DNA of 64,000 nt from Tubiluchus corallicola (taxonomy: Eukaryota > Animalia > Priapulida): positions 31,406 through 95,405 of the forward strand of contig JAQGDQ010000790.1 of the NCBI GenBank assembly GCA_030141605.1. Reading direction: 5' to 3'. The translations under genes and the position numbers were made by a program. The notes under the pieces are model-generated. The model did no database searches and was not told the DNA's origin. It saw only the letters and a list, made by a program, of their open reading frames with translations. Each line of letters starts with the position of its first letter. Position 1 is the stretch's first letter. Positions 12,909 through 25,511 of this stretch are shown here, piece by piece.

Positions 12909-13899
12909 GGAAAACCGGATCTCATCTTATACTATAGCTTAAAACAATATCTTCTATATATTGAAAGGGGACATACTCTTTTTCAAGAATGACTTACGTG
13001 GAATTATTGCTACTTACCTGAAAGAATTATTGGCCACTAGAACGTAATTTTGCATTCGAACGATTATTTCTTCACGATTACAAACCTTTTGCAATTCGCT
13101 ACTTAGATGGGCACTAACGCCTACATCTGAGAAACGTATTGTACAAAAACAGGTGCTGTACTGCTCAGTTTAGGCGTGTTCAGTTGTGACGTTTGGCACA
13201 TGTGCGAGCACAGCCGTAAACTTGAAATTTGAATTTTAAGCAAAAAATTTGCCAAGTATTTGTATATGAGACTGAATGTTATATAGTACCATTGTATTAC
13301 AATTTTGCTTTCGCAAACGCATGTAACACGCTCATGGAATGTTTGGCTGTTGGAAATTATGTTCAGTTGTGATGTCATGATGTCACCACTAATTGGGCAC
13401 CTATCCACCTACCTACCAATCTGACCTAATTGCCTCTCTGTCTGTCTGCCTTACTGTCTGCGTATCTATCTACACATAACTTAATTAGCGTTTTTAAGAG
13501 ACTGTTTTCCCACCATTTTTGTTGCTAATCATTTCTAACCGACACATTTCGCTGTACTCAAAAGTCGGAAGTTAAAAACCGGAAATAGCTTCACAAGTAA
13601 CAACTGTTCATATTTGCGCAGCATCCTATGCATTTAATTACCACGGCGGCCTTCTCAGTTGCTAGGTAACAACAACATCATCTCACCGAAGACCATTCCC
13701 TGTCTCCCATCAACCTCAGCACCAATTAAGAGGGGAATATCTACCATTGGCTTAAAGAAATGGCGTTTGCATTACGGCGCCAGTTAAAAGATGATTTAGA
13801 TGATCCTCTGTTGGTTTCCTTGAAATGTTAGGAAACATAAAATGTCACATTTACAGAAGAAAAGGCAAAAGATAAAAGGCATTTTGTGAGAGGCTGTAT

Positions 13900-14357
13900 G
13901 AGTAATAATCAATTTCTATTAGATACAATGTTAGAAAATTTTCTATTAAATACAATGGCCCATATGGAATTCAATTGCTCCAGCTATTAAAAATGCCAAC
14001 TCGCTGTCCATATTTAAAAAAAATTAAATTAAACTTACTTGAAACATATAACTGATCACTCAATCACGATTTGTTGTTTTTCATTTTCAAAAACTTCCCC
14101 TCTAGTATAATAATATTTTTATTACTTCCCACCCCTAATCATATTTGTATATATTGTAATATTGTATCTGTATATATTGTAATTTTTTTCGTAGCTAATT
14201 CTAGTGGCCTACCATAAGCTAGCTTCTTAGGTCTCTAGCGCAGAATTCATGAATTGTATCATATTTTTATATTAACAAAAACTGATTATCGATGCACATG
14301 TAATGTGTATGTATATGTTTATTGCGAAAATAAATCTATTAAATCTAAATCTAAAAT
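13900..14357 (+). mobile_element. 3' remnant of an L2/CR1-type LINE
   Basis: Degenerate ORF2 end WNSIAPAIKNANSLSIFKK, then ataagctagcttc, aataaa and a (ctaaat)n tail. Confidence 0.5.
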
Positions 14358-14698
14358 CAAATATACTGTGATTTATACAGTGTACTGACGAGGAAAAACA
14401 TGTATCGTTAAGAGGGAGTTGATTTCACATTTTTCCCTCCTAAAAGCACTTACTCTAAAGTTTAGGAACTAAGACTACATTATCAACAGTGCAAAACATA
14501 GCTAGTGTCTACTGTTTTTTCTTGCAATACGTTCTTTTGTATATAGTGGGTAAACTTCGTGTGTGTGTGCAACTGATTTTAATGCATTAAATGTTTTTAT
14601 ATAACACACTTTTCACGGAAATAAAGCAGAATGGAACTGAATAGCTAGGTGTTTGCTTCCTTACAATTTCTTCTTTTTGAAAGTCCAATTATCATGTC

Positions 14699-14965
14699 AA
14701 CACAGGGGTGGACATGGGTTTTCCAGGTGTGTAATCTAGTGACCCTTCAATCAGATAACCACAACACAGGGGTGGACATGGGTTTTCCAGGTGTGTAATC
14801 TAGTGACCCTTCAATCAGATAACCACAACACAGGGGTGGACATGGGTTTTCCAGGTGAGTAATCTAATGACCCTTCAATCAGATGACCACAACACAGGGC
14901 TGGACATGGGTTTTCCAGGTGAGTAATCTAATGACCCTTCAATCAAATGACCACAACACTGGGTT
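14699..14965. repeat. 64-bp tandem repeat, about 4 copies
   Basis: cacaggggtggacatgggttttccagg starts at 14701, 14765 and 14829, with a variant at 14893. Confidence 0.95.
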
Positions 14966-15319
14966 GACATAGCAGCTTGCAAAAATTGCAACGTTTTGAC
15001 ATGTGACCTATTACGTGCAAATAAAACAGGTAAATGTAAGAGAAAAAAAATTGCACCTAATTTGATCTCAGGAAATAATTCTTGGATGTTTCTTAATATC
15101 AGGTCTCATCTTAGTGAATTATATGGCAATTTTAATGCTGACATAAAACTTGAATTGAATTGAGTTATTCCTACATAGACGGGGATGGAAAAAAGAGCTA
15201 TAACTGTTTGTGATGTGGTAACACCGTCTGCACGGTAAAAATAACTGTTTGTTATAACTTTTTCTAAAACATTTATAAATCTTCAAGTCAATTCATACAG
15301 GCACTTCACAGCATTTATT

Positions 15320-15620
15320 ATTAAAACAACACACTTATTAAAACTCTAATTTACAACAGTTTGAGAAACATTTATAAAGGTTTCGATGGCAATTAGCTGT
15401 CATCATCAGTATCATCGTGCTACACTCAGTATACAAACAACAAACCAGTTTATATAGGCAGAGCCTACAGTATAGAAAATAGTGCTCTAATTGTTTATTT
15501 ACAAAGAAGCCAAAGTAATGAATAAACAGACCAATACTACTGATGATGACAGCTGATTGCTGATGCGTTTTCTAAACAGTGGTAAATTAAAGTTTTTGAT
15601 AAAAGTTGTGTTGTTTTAGT
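15320..15620. mobile_element. Inverted pair of Penelope-like terminal repeats with degenerate hammerhead ribozyme cores
   Basis: Minus arm: cctatataaactgg...CTGATGAtgacagctaattgccatcGAAAC. Plus arm: CTGATGAtgacagctgattgctg at 15540. The arms are reverse-complementary. Confidence 0.55.
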
Positions 15621-16118
15621 AATTCCTAAATCTATGTAGAGCACCGACACAATATAAATTTTTTGGCTCCTTGCCATAATCGGCTGGAAGGAAAAAGCTC
15701 CTAGGTCACTGATGAGCCTTGACCCGATCCGCAGACATGTTTTTAATTGTATCTAAATTAGATCGATTGCCGTTCCGCATTTCACGCAAACGCCTCACCA
15801 ATCCTGACACACAGCGCATGAGACAGTGCCTAACTTTTAGCTTTCATAAGGTTTTCCACATTGGCAACAGCCAGGCATTCTATTACCAATAAGGTGTTAA
15901 CTACATACACTGGCTTAACACGTAATGAAGCCATTCCAGGGTAGTACAATGCAGCTGATGTATTATTCATGCAGCAATCCATCAGCAGTCCCAAATGAAA
16001 CCATAAACGTGACTGTGAACATTGTCAACAAACATTATTACATTGCAGTTATATTGCATTGAAATACAAGGTGACCAATTTCAATTTGGCAAATTGCCAG
16101 AAACACTACTACTCAACG

Positions 16119-16800
16119 ATACTGAAATGAATAACCAATTCAAACGCTCAAGGAACATATTTACGAATTCACTTTGTTTATCGGGCGTCTTCTTTGTGGT
16201 ATTTTTTTACCAGAAAAGTGTTGCTGTGTTAATTAAAACCTCTGCTCCACAATACTGAAATGACTAAACAATTCAAGCGCTCAAGGAACATATTTACGAA
16301 TTCACTTTGTTCATCGGGCGTCTTCTTTATGGTATTTTTTACCAGAAAAGTGTTGCTGTGTCAATTAAAACCTCTGCTATATCAAAAAGAAAGTTAGAAT
16401 AGAAACTACTGCATTCAAAAATCAGAACGCGAAATCTTTTTATATACTTTAATTCACAATTTCACCTTTCTAATGTGGTCACTTACGGTCAGTGGCCAAT
16501 AGTCACTATTTTCTTGCCTGCTGATGCAAATGGTAGACCGATTTGCTAATTTGCATATTGATATTTTCACTTTTAAAAATATTAGTGGACACAAATTAAT
16601 GGAGGTGGACACCATTGAAATGCAGCTTCTTATAATTTTTTTCTAATGTGGTCACTTACGGTCAGTGGCCAGTGGTCACTTTTTCTTGCCTGCTTATTTG
16701 GAGATATTTGCATGTAAAATATTAGCGACTTTTAAAAATATTAGTGGACACAAATTCATGGAGGTGGACACCATTGATGTGCAGTTTCTAATAATTTTTT
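16119..16800. repeat. Two adjacent two-copy tandem duplications (about 133 bp at 16119-16378 and about 173 bp at 16468-16800)
   Basis: cgctcaaggaacatatttacgaattcac occurs twice; ttctaatgtggtcacttacggtcagtggcca occurs twice. Confidence 0.85.
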
Positions 16801-17118
16801 TCTTGCAAGGTTTTGGTGGACTCATCCCAGCAGTGTTGTAACATAGACAAATTACTTTTTCAAACGAAAGATTCTTTTACAGTGCGGTTGAACCAGTTCT
16901 GCTAAAAACTCGAAAATGACAATTTCTTCTTGCAGAAGACAAATGAACAAAAAAGGTTGCATTTTAGAACCAGGTGTGTTTTCTTACATAGAAGACAAAT
17001 GAGAGCATCCAATGGTTCATCATAATTAATTTTTGCAAAGACAAACATCAGTATAGGAAAATAACAATGTATTCTAGAACTGAATTGGTTATAAAAAATA
17101 TAGAATAAACAAACTTAC

Positions 17119-17475
17119 GTGTGGACGCTTCCATTCTACGCGTCGAGGGGGTCGCTGGCTGAAAAAAAGAGCCGCATCTCCCGCCGGAAAATCCGGATCC
17201 TCATACAGCTTTCCGGATGATAGCAACTTCGACTTGAGGGTGTCGTAATCGTCGTCCCCTCTCGTGTAAGACTTGTTACCACACGTAGACACGGGCTTAG
17301 GCTTCTCACGACTGCCTGGCTCCCCCGGCTTAGGTCCGCCCCCTTTCTTCGCTGATTTAACAGGTTTCGCCTTGGTGGCGTTGGACTGCGGTTCCTGTGC
17401 CGCGGCGCGAGTGTCGTTGCCATGGTGATGGTGTCCTCTGCTTCCGATCTTAAACACACGTTTGAAAAAAGGCAT
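17119..17475 (-). CDS. Calpain proximal first coding exon
   Basis: MPFFKRVFKIGSRG...DYDTLKSKLLSSGKLYEDPDFPAGDAALFFSQRPPRRVEWKRPH|gtaagt; 357 nt, phase 0. Confidence 0.93.
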
Positions 17476-17649
17476 TATTTACTCTCTAATTGGTGTAGAA
17501 ATCATATAATTAACGAGCAAATACGAGCACACAGGCGGAGAATATAGCAGCCGCCACCCAAACACCCAGCCACACAAGATCTATCTGTCGCCAGCGCTAG
17601 AGTTTGGCTTCCTACATCGTTGGTTATCGGGGAAACGCAAGTTTGAGAG

Positions 17650-17692
17650 CAGCCATAGTGGGAGAGAGAGAGCCTGCGTGGTATTTATAGGA
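17650..17692 (-). promoter_or_regulatory. TATA-box promoter of the proximal calpain transcript
   Basis: Minus strand ctcctataaataccacg (TATAAATA at 17682-17689), a pyrimidine-rich Inr-like stretch about 30 nt downstream, about 200 nt before the ATG. Confidence 0.55.
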
Positions 17693-18595
17693 GCAGAGCC
17701 ACATGTGGTTTTCATATACGCTCACATTCGAGAGATGACAGACAAAATATTTACGAAACTTTTACTGGACGTACGCTTGGTACTGTAGAGAAAAGTTTCC
17801 GCTTCGTGCGTGAACGTTCTAGCCAAACCAGATCCACTGTCTGTACTCATGCCTAACAGAAAGAGGCTAAATCTAAGTCTGGCGCTAAACAAATGATTAA
17901 AAAGCATAAAATATGAGTTACAAACAGCATAAAGTTACAAATAGTACACTAGGCCTACCATTGCCGTGCGAATCATGATAACACGAGCAAGAATGAACTC
18001 CAAACTTCATGTGTGCAGAGTTTCACGTTACGGTAATGCTAATATAACCGTAATTACCATAGTATGGGCAGCGTTGATGGATATGAAGTTTCACGTGTAT
18101 GCTATTATGACCTGGTACTAATTAACTATACGGGTGGGTTTTAATTACAATTCTCAGCACGCTTGGCAGATGTACGCACGTGCGCAGAAGGGGTGAATTC
18201 TGGAATGAGGAAGTGAGGCAGAGGCTGAATGATAGTATCAAAGTTATTAACTCAACTAATAGAACTAGAAGTCATGTATATAATTAATAAAATGTGATTT
18301 AAAACATCGAAATTGTTGATCGTTAACACGTACGGAAAATCAATTATGTGCACAAAATGTAAACTTTAAAGATTCATTAACGGTGAAGTAAAAACGGAAT
18401 TTTTCTTACCAAAAGCCCAATTTCAGAATATTGCACGTACAATTCTTACTTGCAAACTTATTTTCATTGCAAAAATAGAAAATTTCAATCGCTACTGCAT
18501 TATATATTAAACCAAAAAAACGCTGAAAAGATTGATTAAATGTTAAACCCGAAATGAAGCCAATTTGCTCTGGCTTAAACTTGATTATGGAACTG

Positions 18596-19266
18596 AATCC
18601 AGGTAAAAAAGTCACGGAAAAAAGTCACAGGAGAAAGGTTCAGGAAAAGTAACTCTACAACTAACCCTAAGTTTAACCCTAACCCTAACCCTATCTCTAA
18701 CCCTAACTCTAATTCTAACCCTAACTCTAACCCTCGTCAAAATTGATTGTGACTTTTTTTTCAGGAAAAAGTAACCCTAACCCTAACTCTAACCCTAGTC
18801 AAAATTGATTGTGACTTTTTTTTCAGGAAAAAGTAACCCTAACCCTAACTCTAACCCTCGTCAAAATTGATTGTGACTTTTTTTTTCAGGAAAAAGTAAC
18901 CCTAACCCTAACTCTAACCCTAGTCAAAATTGATTGTGACTTTTTTTTCAGGAAAAAGTAACCCTAACCCTAACTCTAACCCTAGTCAAAATTGATTGAC
19001 TTTTTTTCAGGAAAAAGTAACCATAACCCTAACTCTAACCCTACTCAAAATTGATTGGACCTTTTTTCAGGAAAAAGTAACCCTAACCCTAACCCTAACT
19101 CTAACTCTAACCCTAGCCAAAATTAGCTGTGACTTTTTTCAGGAAAAAAGTAACCCTAACCCTAACCCTAGTCAAAATTGATTTTGACTTTTTTCTGTTA
19201 CTTTTTTCCTATAAAAAAATGTTACTTCTTTCGTGTCTTTTTTCCTGTGACTTCATTACCGGTCAT
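18596..19266. mobile_element. TIR element with an internal about 61-bp array carrying telomere-like (TAACCC)n
   Basis: Ends ggtaaaaaagtcacggaaaaaagtcacagg / ttttcctgtgacttcattacc; about 7 units of gtcaaaattgattgtgac(t)ncaggaaaaagtaaccctaaccctaactctaaccc; relatives at 19980-20130 and 26640-26735. Confidence 0.65.
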
Positions 19267-20227
19267 GTATGGAACTATATCTAGAAATTCAGAAGTTGAT
19301 TACAAAATTCCTAAAACCGAAAGCTACACAATTACATAGTACAGTAGTAGAGTACTTACTACCATAATGCACTGTCAAACACACGAGTATCTCCAAGTAA
19401 CCGAGCACTAGGAATGTCAGGAAATGAGATAGCCCACGTTAGTATGAGAGGCTAGATAACACAGAAGTGACAGTAGGAAGTTTGAATAGCGTCCCAATTA
19501 ATGCACGTTCATCAATAAATCGTTAATTTCCTTAATAGGTCCTGATGACCCGACACTAGTGCTCTCGTCAAGCGAAGCTGATTTCTGGAGGACCTGTTTA
19601 GATGGAAACCTCATAAGCTGACAGAAGAAAGTTCAATTTAAACCTGTCAGATGGCCACCATACTTATAAAACAAAGCATCCAGCACCAGTATCTCACGTC
19701 ATAGAGGCTCAACCTGCCAGCACGCCAACAATAAGACTTCAACTGTTCAGAGCTGTATAAATACCCGGCATTTTTCCGGGAAAACTCCCTGGACGTATAA
19801 AACAATAAAGCCGTGTTTTGAATCTAAGCTAGTTAATGGGCTAACAAAACAAGAAGAAGAAATCATCCCTAGGAAATGAGGAAGACCAATGACCAAAAAG
19901 TGCTGCAGTGAAGAACATCACAAAAATACTCCTCTTTGCAATTTCTTTATTGGTTTATTGGTAATAAAGTCACTAGAAACAAAATCAGGGGAAAAAAATC
20001 ACAATTTTGGCTAGGAAAAAAGGTCACAACTAATTCTGGCTAGGGTTGGGGTTTTAAGGTCAAGATCAGAGTTAGGGTTATTTCTTTTTTTACCTGTGAC
20101 GTTTTACCTGTGACATTTTACTTAAATTCCCTCCCTTACATAGGTAAAGTGGCAAAAGCTGCTCCTTGGCCAGTGACACATCTATTTATTGACCAAGCTG
20201 GAAGTTGCTTACCTGGTCACTGAGTGC

Positions 20228-20331
20228 AGCAACAACAACTACAAAAACAGCAGCAGCAGCAATAGCAGCTACAACGGCAACAACAACAATAACAACAACA
20301 GCAACAACAACAACAGCAACAACAACAGCAA

Positions 20332-20363
<32 letters not shown>

Positions 20364-20423
20364 ACAGCAACAACAACAACAGCACCACCACCAACAACAA
20401 CAATAATAATAAGAATAAGAATA
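20228..20423. repeat. (CAA/CAG)n-(AAT)n microsatellite
   Basis: Direct inspection. Confidence 0.95.
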
Positions 20424-20913
20424 ATTTTACTGTGGATATATTGATATGTGTTGTGTTTACTTTATAATACTTTTCTTAATTTCTTGTTTTGTATGTATAA
20501 TAGTAATTTTATTTTTTAGTAATTGCTAACCACACTTGGACTGTAAGTGAAATAACGTTACGTTTTTACATATCCAAGTAAAAAGTAAATTTATGTATTT
20601 CTGTTCTATTCTATTCAGTCAAGCGTTACTGTTTGTTTTGCAGCACCCTGTACGTATCACGCATTTTTCGGCTTGTTTACAAGCAAGCAACTGGAGACAC
20701 AGGAAATGCTGGTCTCTTCCAACAACACGCCACACATTTCATCTCCCATGCTTCATCCTTCAAGACGCTTTCAAGAAAGTTTATTTAGAAAATCATTTCG
20801 TCAGCAGGAAAACGTGGCGTGCTGTAGACTTACAGGAAGTTTCACACTCACTAGTGCTATATATGGAATTTAAATCACTCACGGGGTGTTAAAACATGTA
20901 TGCATGTTTGGCA

Positions 20914-21610
20914 AAGCAAATGGTCCCCTGTCAGGGCTAGATTGAGGTGTGCTGGTGCCCTAAGCACGCCCAGCAACTGGTGCCAAGCAAATGGTCCCCT
21001 GTCAGGGCTAGATTGAGGTGTGCTGGTGCCCTAAGCACGCCCAGCAACTGGTGCCAAGCAAATGGTCCCCTGTCAGGGGTAGATTGAGGTGTGCTGGTGC
21101 CCTAAGCACGCCCAGCAACTGGTGCCAAGCAAATGGTCCCCCGTCAGGGGCAGATTGAGGTGTGTTGGTGCCCTAAGCACGCCCAGCAACTGGTGCCAAG
21201 CAAATGGTCCCCTGTCAGGGCTAGATTGAGGTGTGCTGGTGCCCTAAGCACGCCCAGCAACTGGTGCCAAGCAAATGGTCCCCCGTCAGGTGTAGATTGA
21301 GGTGTGCTGGTGCCCTAAGCACGCCCAGCAACTGGTGCCAAGCAAACGGTCCCCTGTCAGGGCTAGATTGAGGTGTGTTGGTGCCCTAAGCACGCCCAGC
21401 AACTGGTGCCAAGTAAACGGTCCCCTGTCAGGGCTAGATTGAGGTGTGTTGGTGCCCTAACCGCGCCCAGCAACTGGTGTCAAGCAAATGGTCGCCTATC
21501 AGGGCTAGATTGAGGTGTGTGGTGCCCTATACGCGCCCAGCAACTGGTGCCAAGCAAACCGTTGCCTGTCAGGGCTAGATTGAGGTATGTTGGTGTCCTC
21601 AGCAACTGGT
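20914..21610. repeat. 71-bp tandem array of 10 copies, made of flank plus the left end of a MITE
   Basis: aagcaaatggtcccctgt|cagggctagattgaggtgtgctggtgccctaagcacgcccagcaactggtgcc; a single-copy homolog of the element end starts at 60403. Confidence 0.93.
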
Positions 21611-22033
21611 TCCCCGGCTCCTGTCACTTCGTGCACGTTTCGTGGTCCAAAGCCATACGGCATTGTGTTAAACAACTCACACAACGTTATATATAAAACA
21701 AACTTCGTTTCCCTTTAAATTCTTTATTGACTAAAAAATGAAATTTCAATTAAACAAATCAGGCAAGAAAAATGTGCAATGGCTGGCAACAGCAAAAAAC
21801 GTGTCATTTTCAGCACTAGCTATTGGAATGACTTAACTAAAGTAAGCATTAAGGACAACCAAATAGGCCAATACTAAATACATGTAAAGATATCAACAAC
21901 ACATTTCAATAACACAATGTCTAACGCTGATATCAACTTCATTTAAATTTATGTTAACCTACATTATTAAATTTTGTCTGTTTTTTGCCAGCTTGGTGCC
22001 CGAAGCACCTGCTTATGGGTTAATCCGGCCCTA
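21570..22033. mobile_element. MITE of the CAGGGCCGGATT...AATCCGGCCCTG type
   Basis: Left end cagggctagattga; right end ggtgcccgaagcacctgcttatgggttaatccggcccta; similar flanks tcccctgt / accctctgt. Confidence 0.65.
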
Positions 22034-23425
22034 ACCCTCTGTCCCAGGAAGAACAAGCTGCAGCGCAGTTACGTTACCCCCGACCCTACCCCTCTGTCCC
22101 AGGAAGAACAAGCTGCAGCGCAGTTACGTTACCCCCGACCCTACCCCTGTGTCCCAGGAAGAACAAGCTGCAGCGCAGTTACGTTACCCCCGACCCTACC
22201 CCTCTGTCCCAGGAAGAACAAGCTGCAGTGCAGTTACGTTACCCCCGACCCTACCCCTGTGTCCCAGGAAGAACAAGTTGCAGCGCAGTTACATTACCCC
22301 CCGACCCTACCCCTCTGTCCCAGGAAGAACAAGCTGCAGTGCAGTTACGTTACCCCCGACCCTACCCCTCTGTCCCAGGAAGAACAAGCTGCAGTGCAGT
22401 TACGTTACCCCCGACCCTACCCCTCTGTCCCAGGAAGAACAAGCTGCAGTGCAGTTACGTTACCCCCGGGCCCTACCCGTGTCCCAAGAAGAACAAGGTG
22501 CAGCGCAGTTACGTTACCTCCGACCCTACCCCTCTGTCCGAGGAAGAACCAGCTGCAGCGCAGTTACGTTACCCCCGGGCCCTACCCGTGTCCCAAGAAG
22601 AACAAGCTGCAGCGCAGTTACGTTACCCCCGACCCTACCCCTCTGTCCGAGGAAGAACCAGCTGCAGCGCAGTTACGTTACCCCCTGGCCCTACCCCTGT
22701 GTCCCAGCATGAACAAGCTGCAGCGCAGTTACGTTACCCCCGGCCCTACCCCTGTGTCCCAGGAAGAACAAGCTGCAGTGCAGTTACGTTGCCCCCCCGG
22801 CCCTACCCCTGTGTCCCAGGAAGAACAAGCTGCAGCGCAGTTACGTTACCCGCGGCCCTACCCCTCTGTCCCAGGAAGAACAAGTTGCAGCGCAGTTACG
22901 TTACTCCCCCCCCCCCCCCGGCCCTAGCCCTCTGTCCCAGGAAGAACCAGCTGCAGCGCAGTTACGTTACCCCCCGGCCCTACCCCTGTGTCCCAGGAAG
23001 AACAAGCTGCAGCGCAGTTACGTTACCCCCGGCCCTACCCCTCTGTCCCAGGAAGAACAAGTTGCAGCGCAGTTACGTTACCCCCGGCCCTACCCCTGTG
23101 ACCCAGGAAGAACAAGCTGCAGCGCAGTTACGTTACCCCCCCCGGCCCTAGCCCTCTGTCCCAGGAAGAACAAGCTGCAGCGCAGTTACGTTACCCCCCG
23201 GCCCTACCCCTCTGTCCCAGGAAGAACAAGTTGCAGCGCAGTTACGTTACCCCCGGCCCTACCCCTGTGTCCCAGGAAGAACAAGCTGCAGCGCAGTTAC
23301 GTTACACCCCCCCCCCCGGCCCTACCCCTCTGTCCCAGGAAGAACAAGCTGCAGCGCAGTTACGTTACCCCCCCGGCCCTAGCCCTCTGTCCTAGGAAGA
23401 ACAAGCTCAATTACGTTACCCCCTA
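22025..23425. repeat. 55-bp GC-rich tandem array, about 25 copies
   Basis: ccg(a/g)ccctacccctctgtcccaggaagaacaagctgcagcgcagttacgttaccc; period 55 (22081, 22136). Confidence 0.97.
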
Positions 23426-25122
23426 CGTTACACTCTGACTACACATGGCCCGGTCATGCATGACTGCATTGCGCACGAGTCACGGGTGACTGCTTTCACC
23501 CTGTGACAATTCTGCGTACGTAATGTCACACGCGTCCACACGAATGGTAGCACTTTACCTGTGCCTAAGTTTTACAACCCTCAGAATACTAGACACGCCA
23601 CGTCTCGCCAATGGACAGCTAAACAGAGATTCCGACATTTTCCACACACTAGTCCACAAATGAAAATGGATTTTCTGTACAAGTGTGCCCCAAATTGTAA
23701 AAAAAAACTTTGCACGTGCTCAGAAGCACCAACTACCGTTATTACACATCGGTAATAACTTTAGCAGACAAGCAGTCGAGACTATGATGCTACAAAGGCT
23801 TTGTGTCACACAATGTGCTCTTTAAATATTATAAACGGATAAAAACATTTATAATGTGAAGTTAGGTGAAGTGTTTCAATATTCCGCGAAGTTTAATACA
23901 TGTTGCGTAAACCTTTTTTTAAGAGCAATTATTTTCTACGCACATCAAGGGACTCAATTTTTTTAAAAATATAACAAATTCTAGGTAATCAGTTTGGGCT
24001 GTTTGTGATTAAGTTTGTGTCGGCTACAGCAGCTTACAGAAGCGCTTTAGTCAGCAAAGATAAACACGTTTGAAAACGTTTCATTCTGCTTAAGTAGAGA
24101 TTCATACTTTCACTGTACGTCGTACAAGCACCGCCCGTAACCTGACACTCGTGAACACATTGCGCAGGGAAACCCTACCCTCGTGGGCGGAGCTTTGCTT
24201 TTTAGATGTCGAGAATTTCTATTGCCAACGCTCTTTCAGCAGCAAGTTCTACTCTCAAACTTTCTTGCAAATCTGCATGGCTGACTTAGTAGACTTTCAG
24301 GGAAAACTTTAGCATAAATTGCCCTTATAATGTAAACACGCGCGGAATGCGTAATGCCTCAAGACTTGGAAAATGCTGAAATTAATTCCGCAACAATAAA
24401 TGTATATTATCGCAGCAACCACTAGCGCATGACAGTTTTATGACTTAGTTTAGACAAACTTTGGAAGTTAAGCAATACTAGTTTTAGTGAGGGATTAGAT
24501 GAAGGACCAAGTGAGTTTGAAAATCATATGTTTATGAATCAATGCAAATGCAGAATTGGAAACAAATGCATGCGAATCTGCACGATCATGCCTCTTAGTT
24601 AAGTAAGTGCCTCTGAAGCTGCAGCTGTAATCGGGGGGGGGGGGGAATTGAGTGTGGGATGGAAGCAAAAGTAGCCACTAGGTCAAACGACTCGAAAAGA
24701 GCTGCAACCTCTACTTCCATTGTTAAAGTAAGTGTTCAGAAACAAGCCCAGACACACAGATCCACACGGTTTGTTGTGTTTTTTGGCTTACTGTAGTAAC
24801 AACTGACCTAATTACAACATTACAACGCGGATTGATATTTCCCAAAGGACAAGATTATAAACACATGGTACGGGCTAATAACAATAATTTCTCGTACCTA
24901 AACCTAAATTGCCTCTGCCAGGATTTACGTTTGAGGGAATTTACGGGTACGGAGACCAATATATCATTTGTGCTGTAGACACTATGGCATTATACATGTG
25001 CAAATGACCAGTTTGGGCATATTGGTCAAAATAATCCATTTATAATTTGGCGTTCTCCCAAGTGCTTTGGAGCTCAAGAATGATTAATTAATGAGATATG
25101 ACATCTGGTGATAACGAAAGCG

Positions 25123-25511
<389 letters not shown>

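Noticed and set aside
13687-13747. ATG-initiated MVDIPLLIGAEVDGRQGMVF(G)|gtgaga, phase-compatible with calpain exon 3
   Set aside because: The QG-to-Cys spacing is off by one, there is no other calpain similarity, and it can arise by chance.
18661-19170. True or fused telomere
   Set aside because: The hexamers are short, degenerate and embedded in a dispersed TIR element.
20690-20742. WKRP motif on the minus strand suggesting an alternative calpain exon
   Set aside because: No upstream EDPxFP motif, no donor after the motif, and an early stop.
21974-23151. Long ORFs of 187-317 aa in all three plus frames
   Set aside because: They are translations of the stop-free 55-bp satellite, with no real start or domain.
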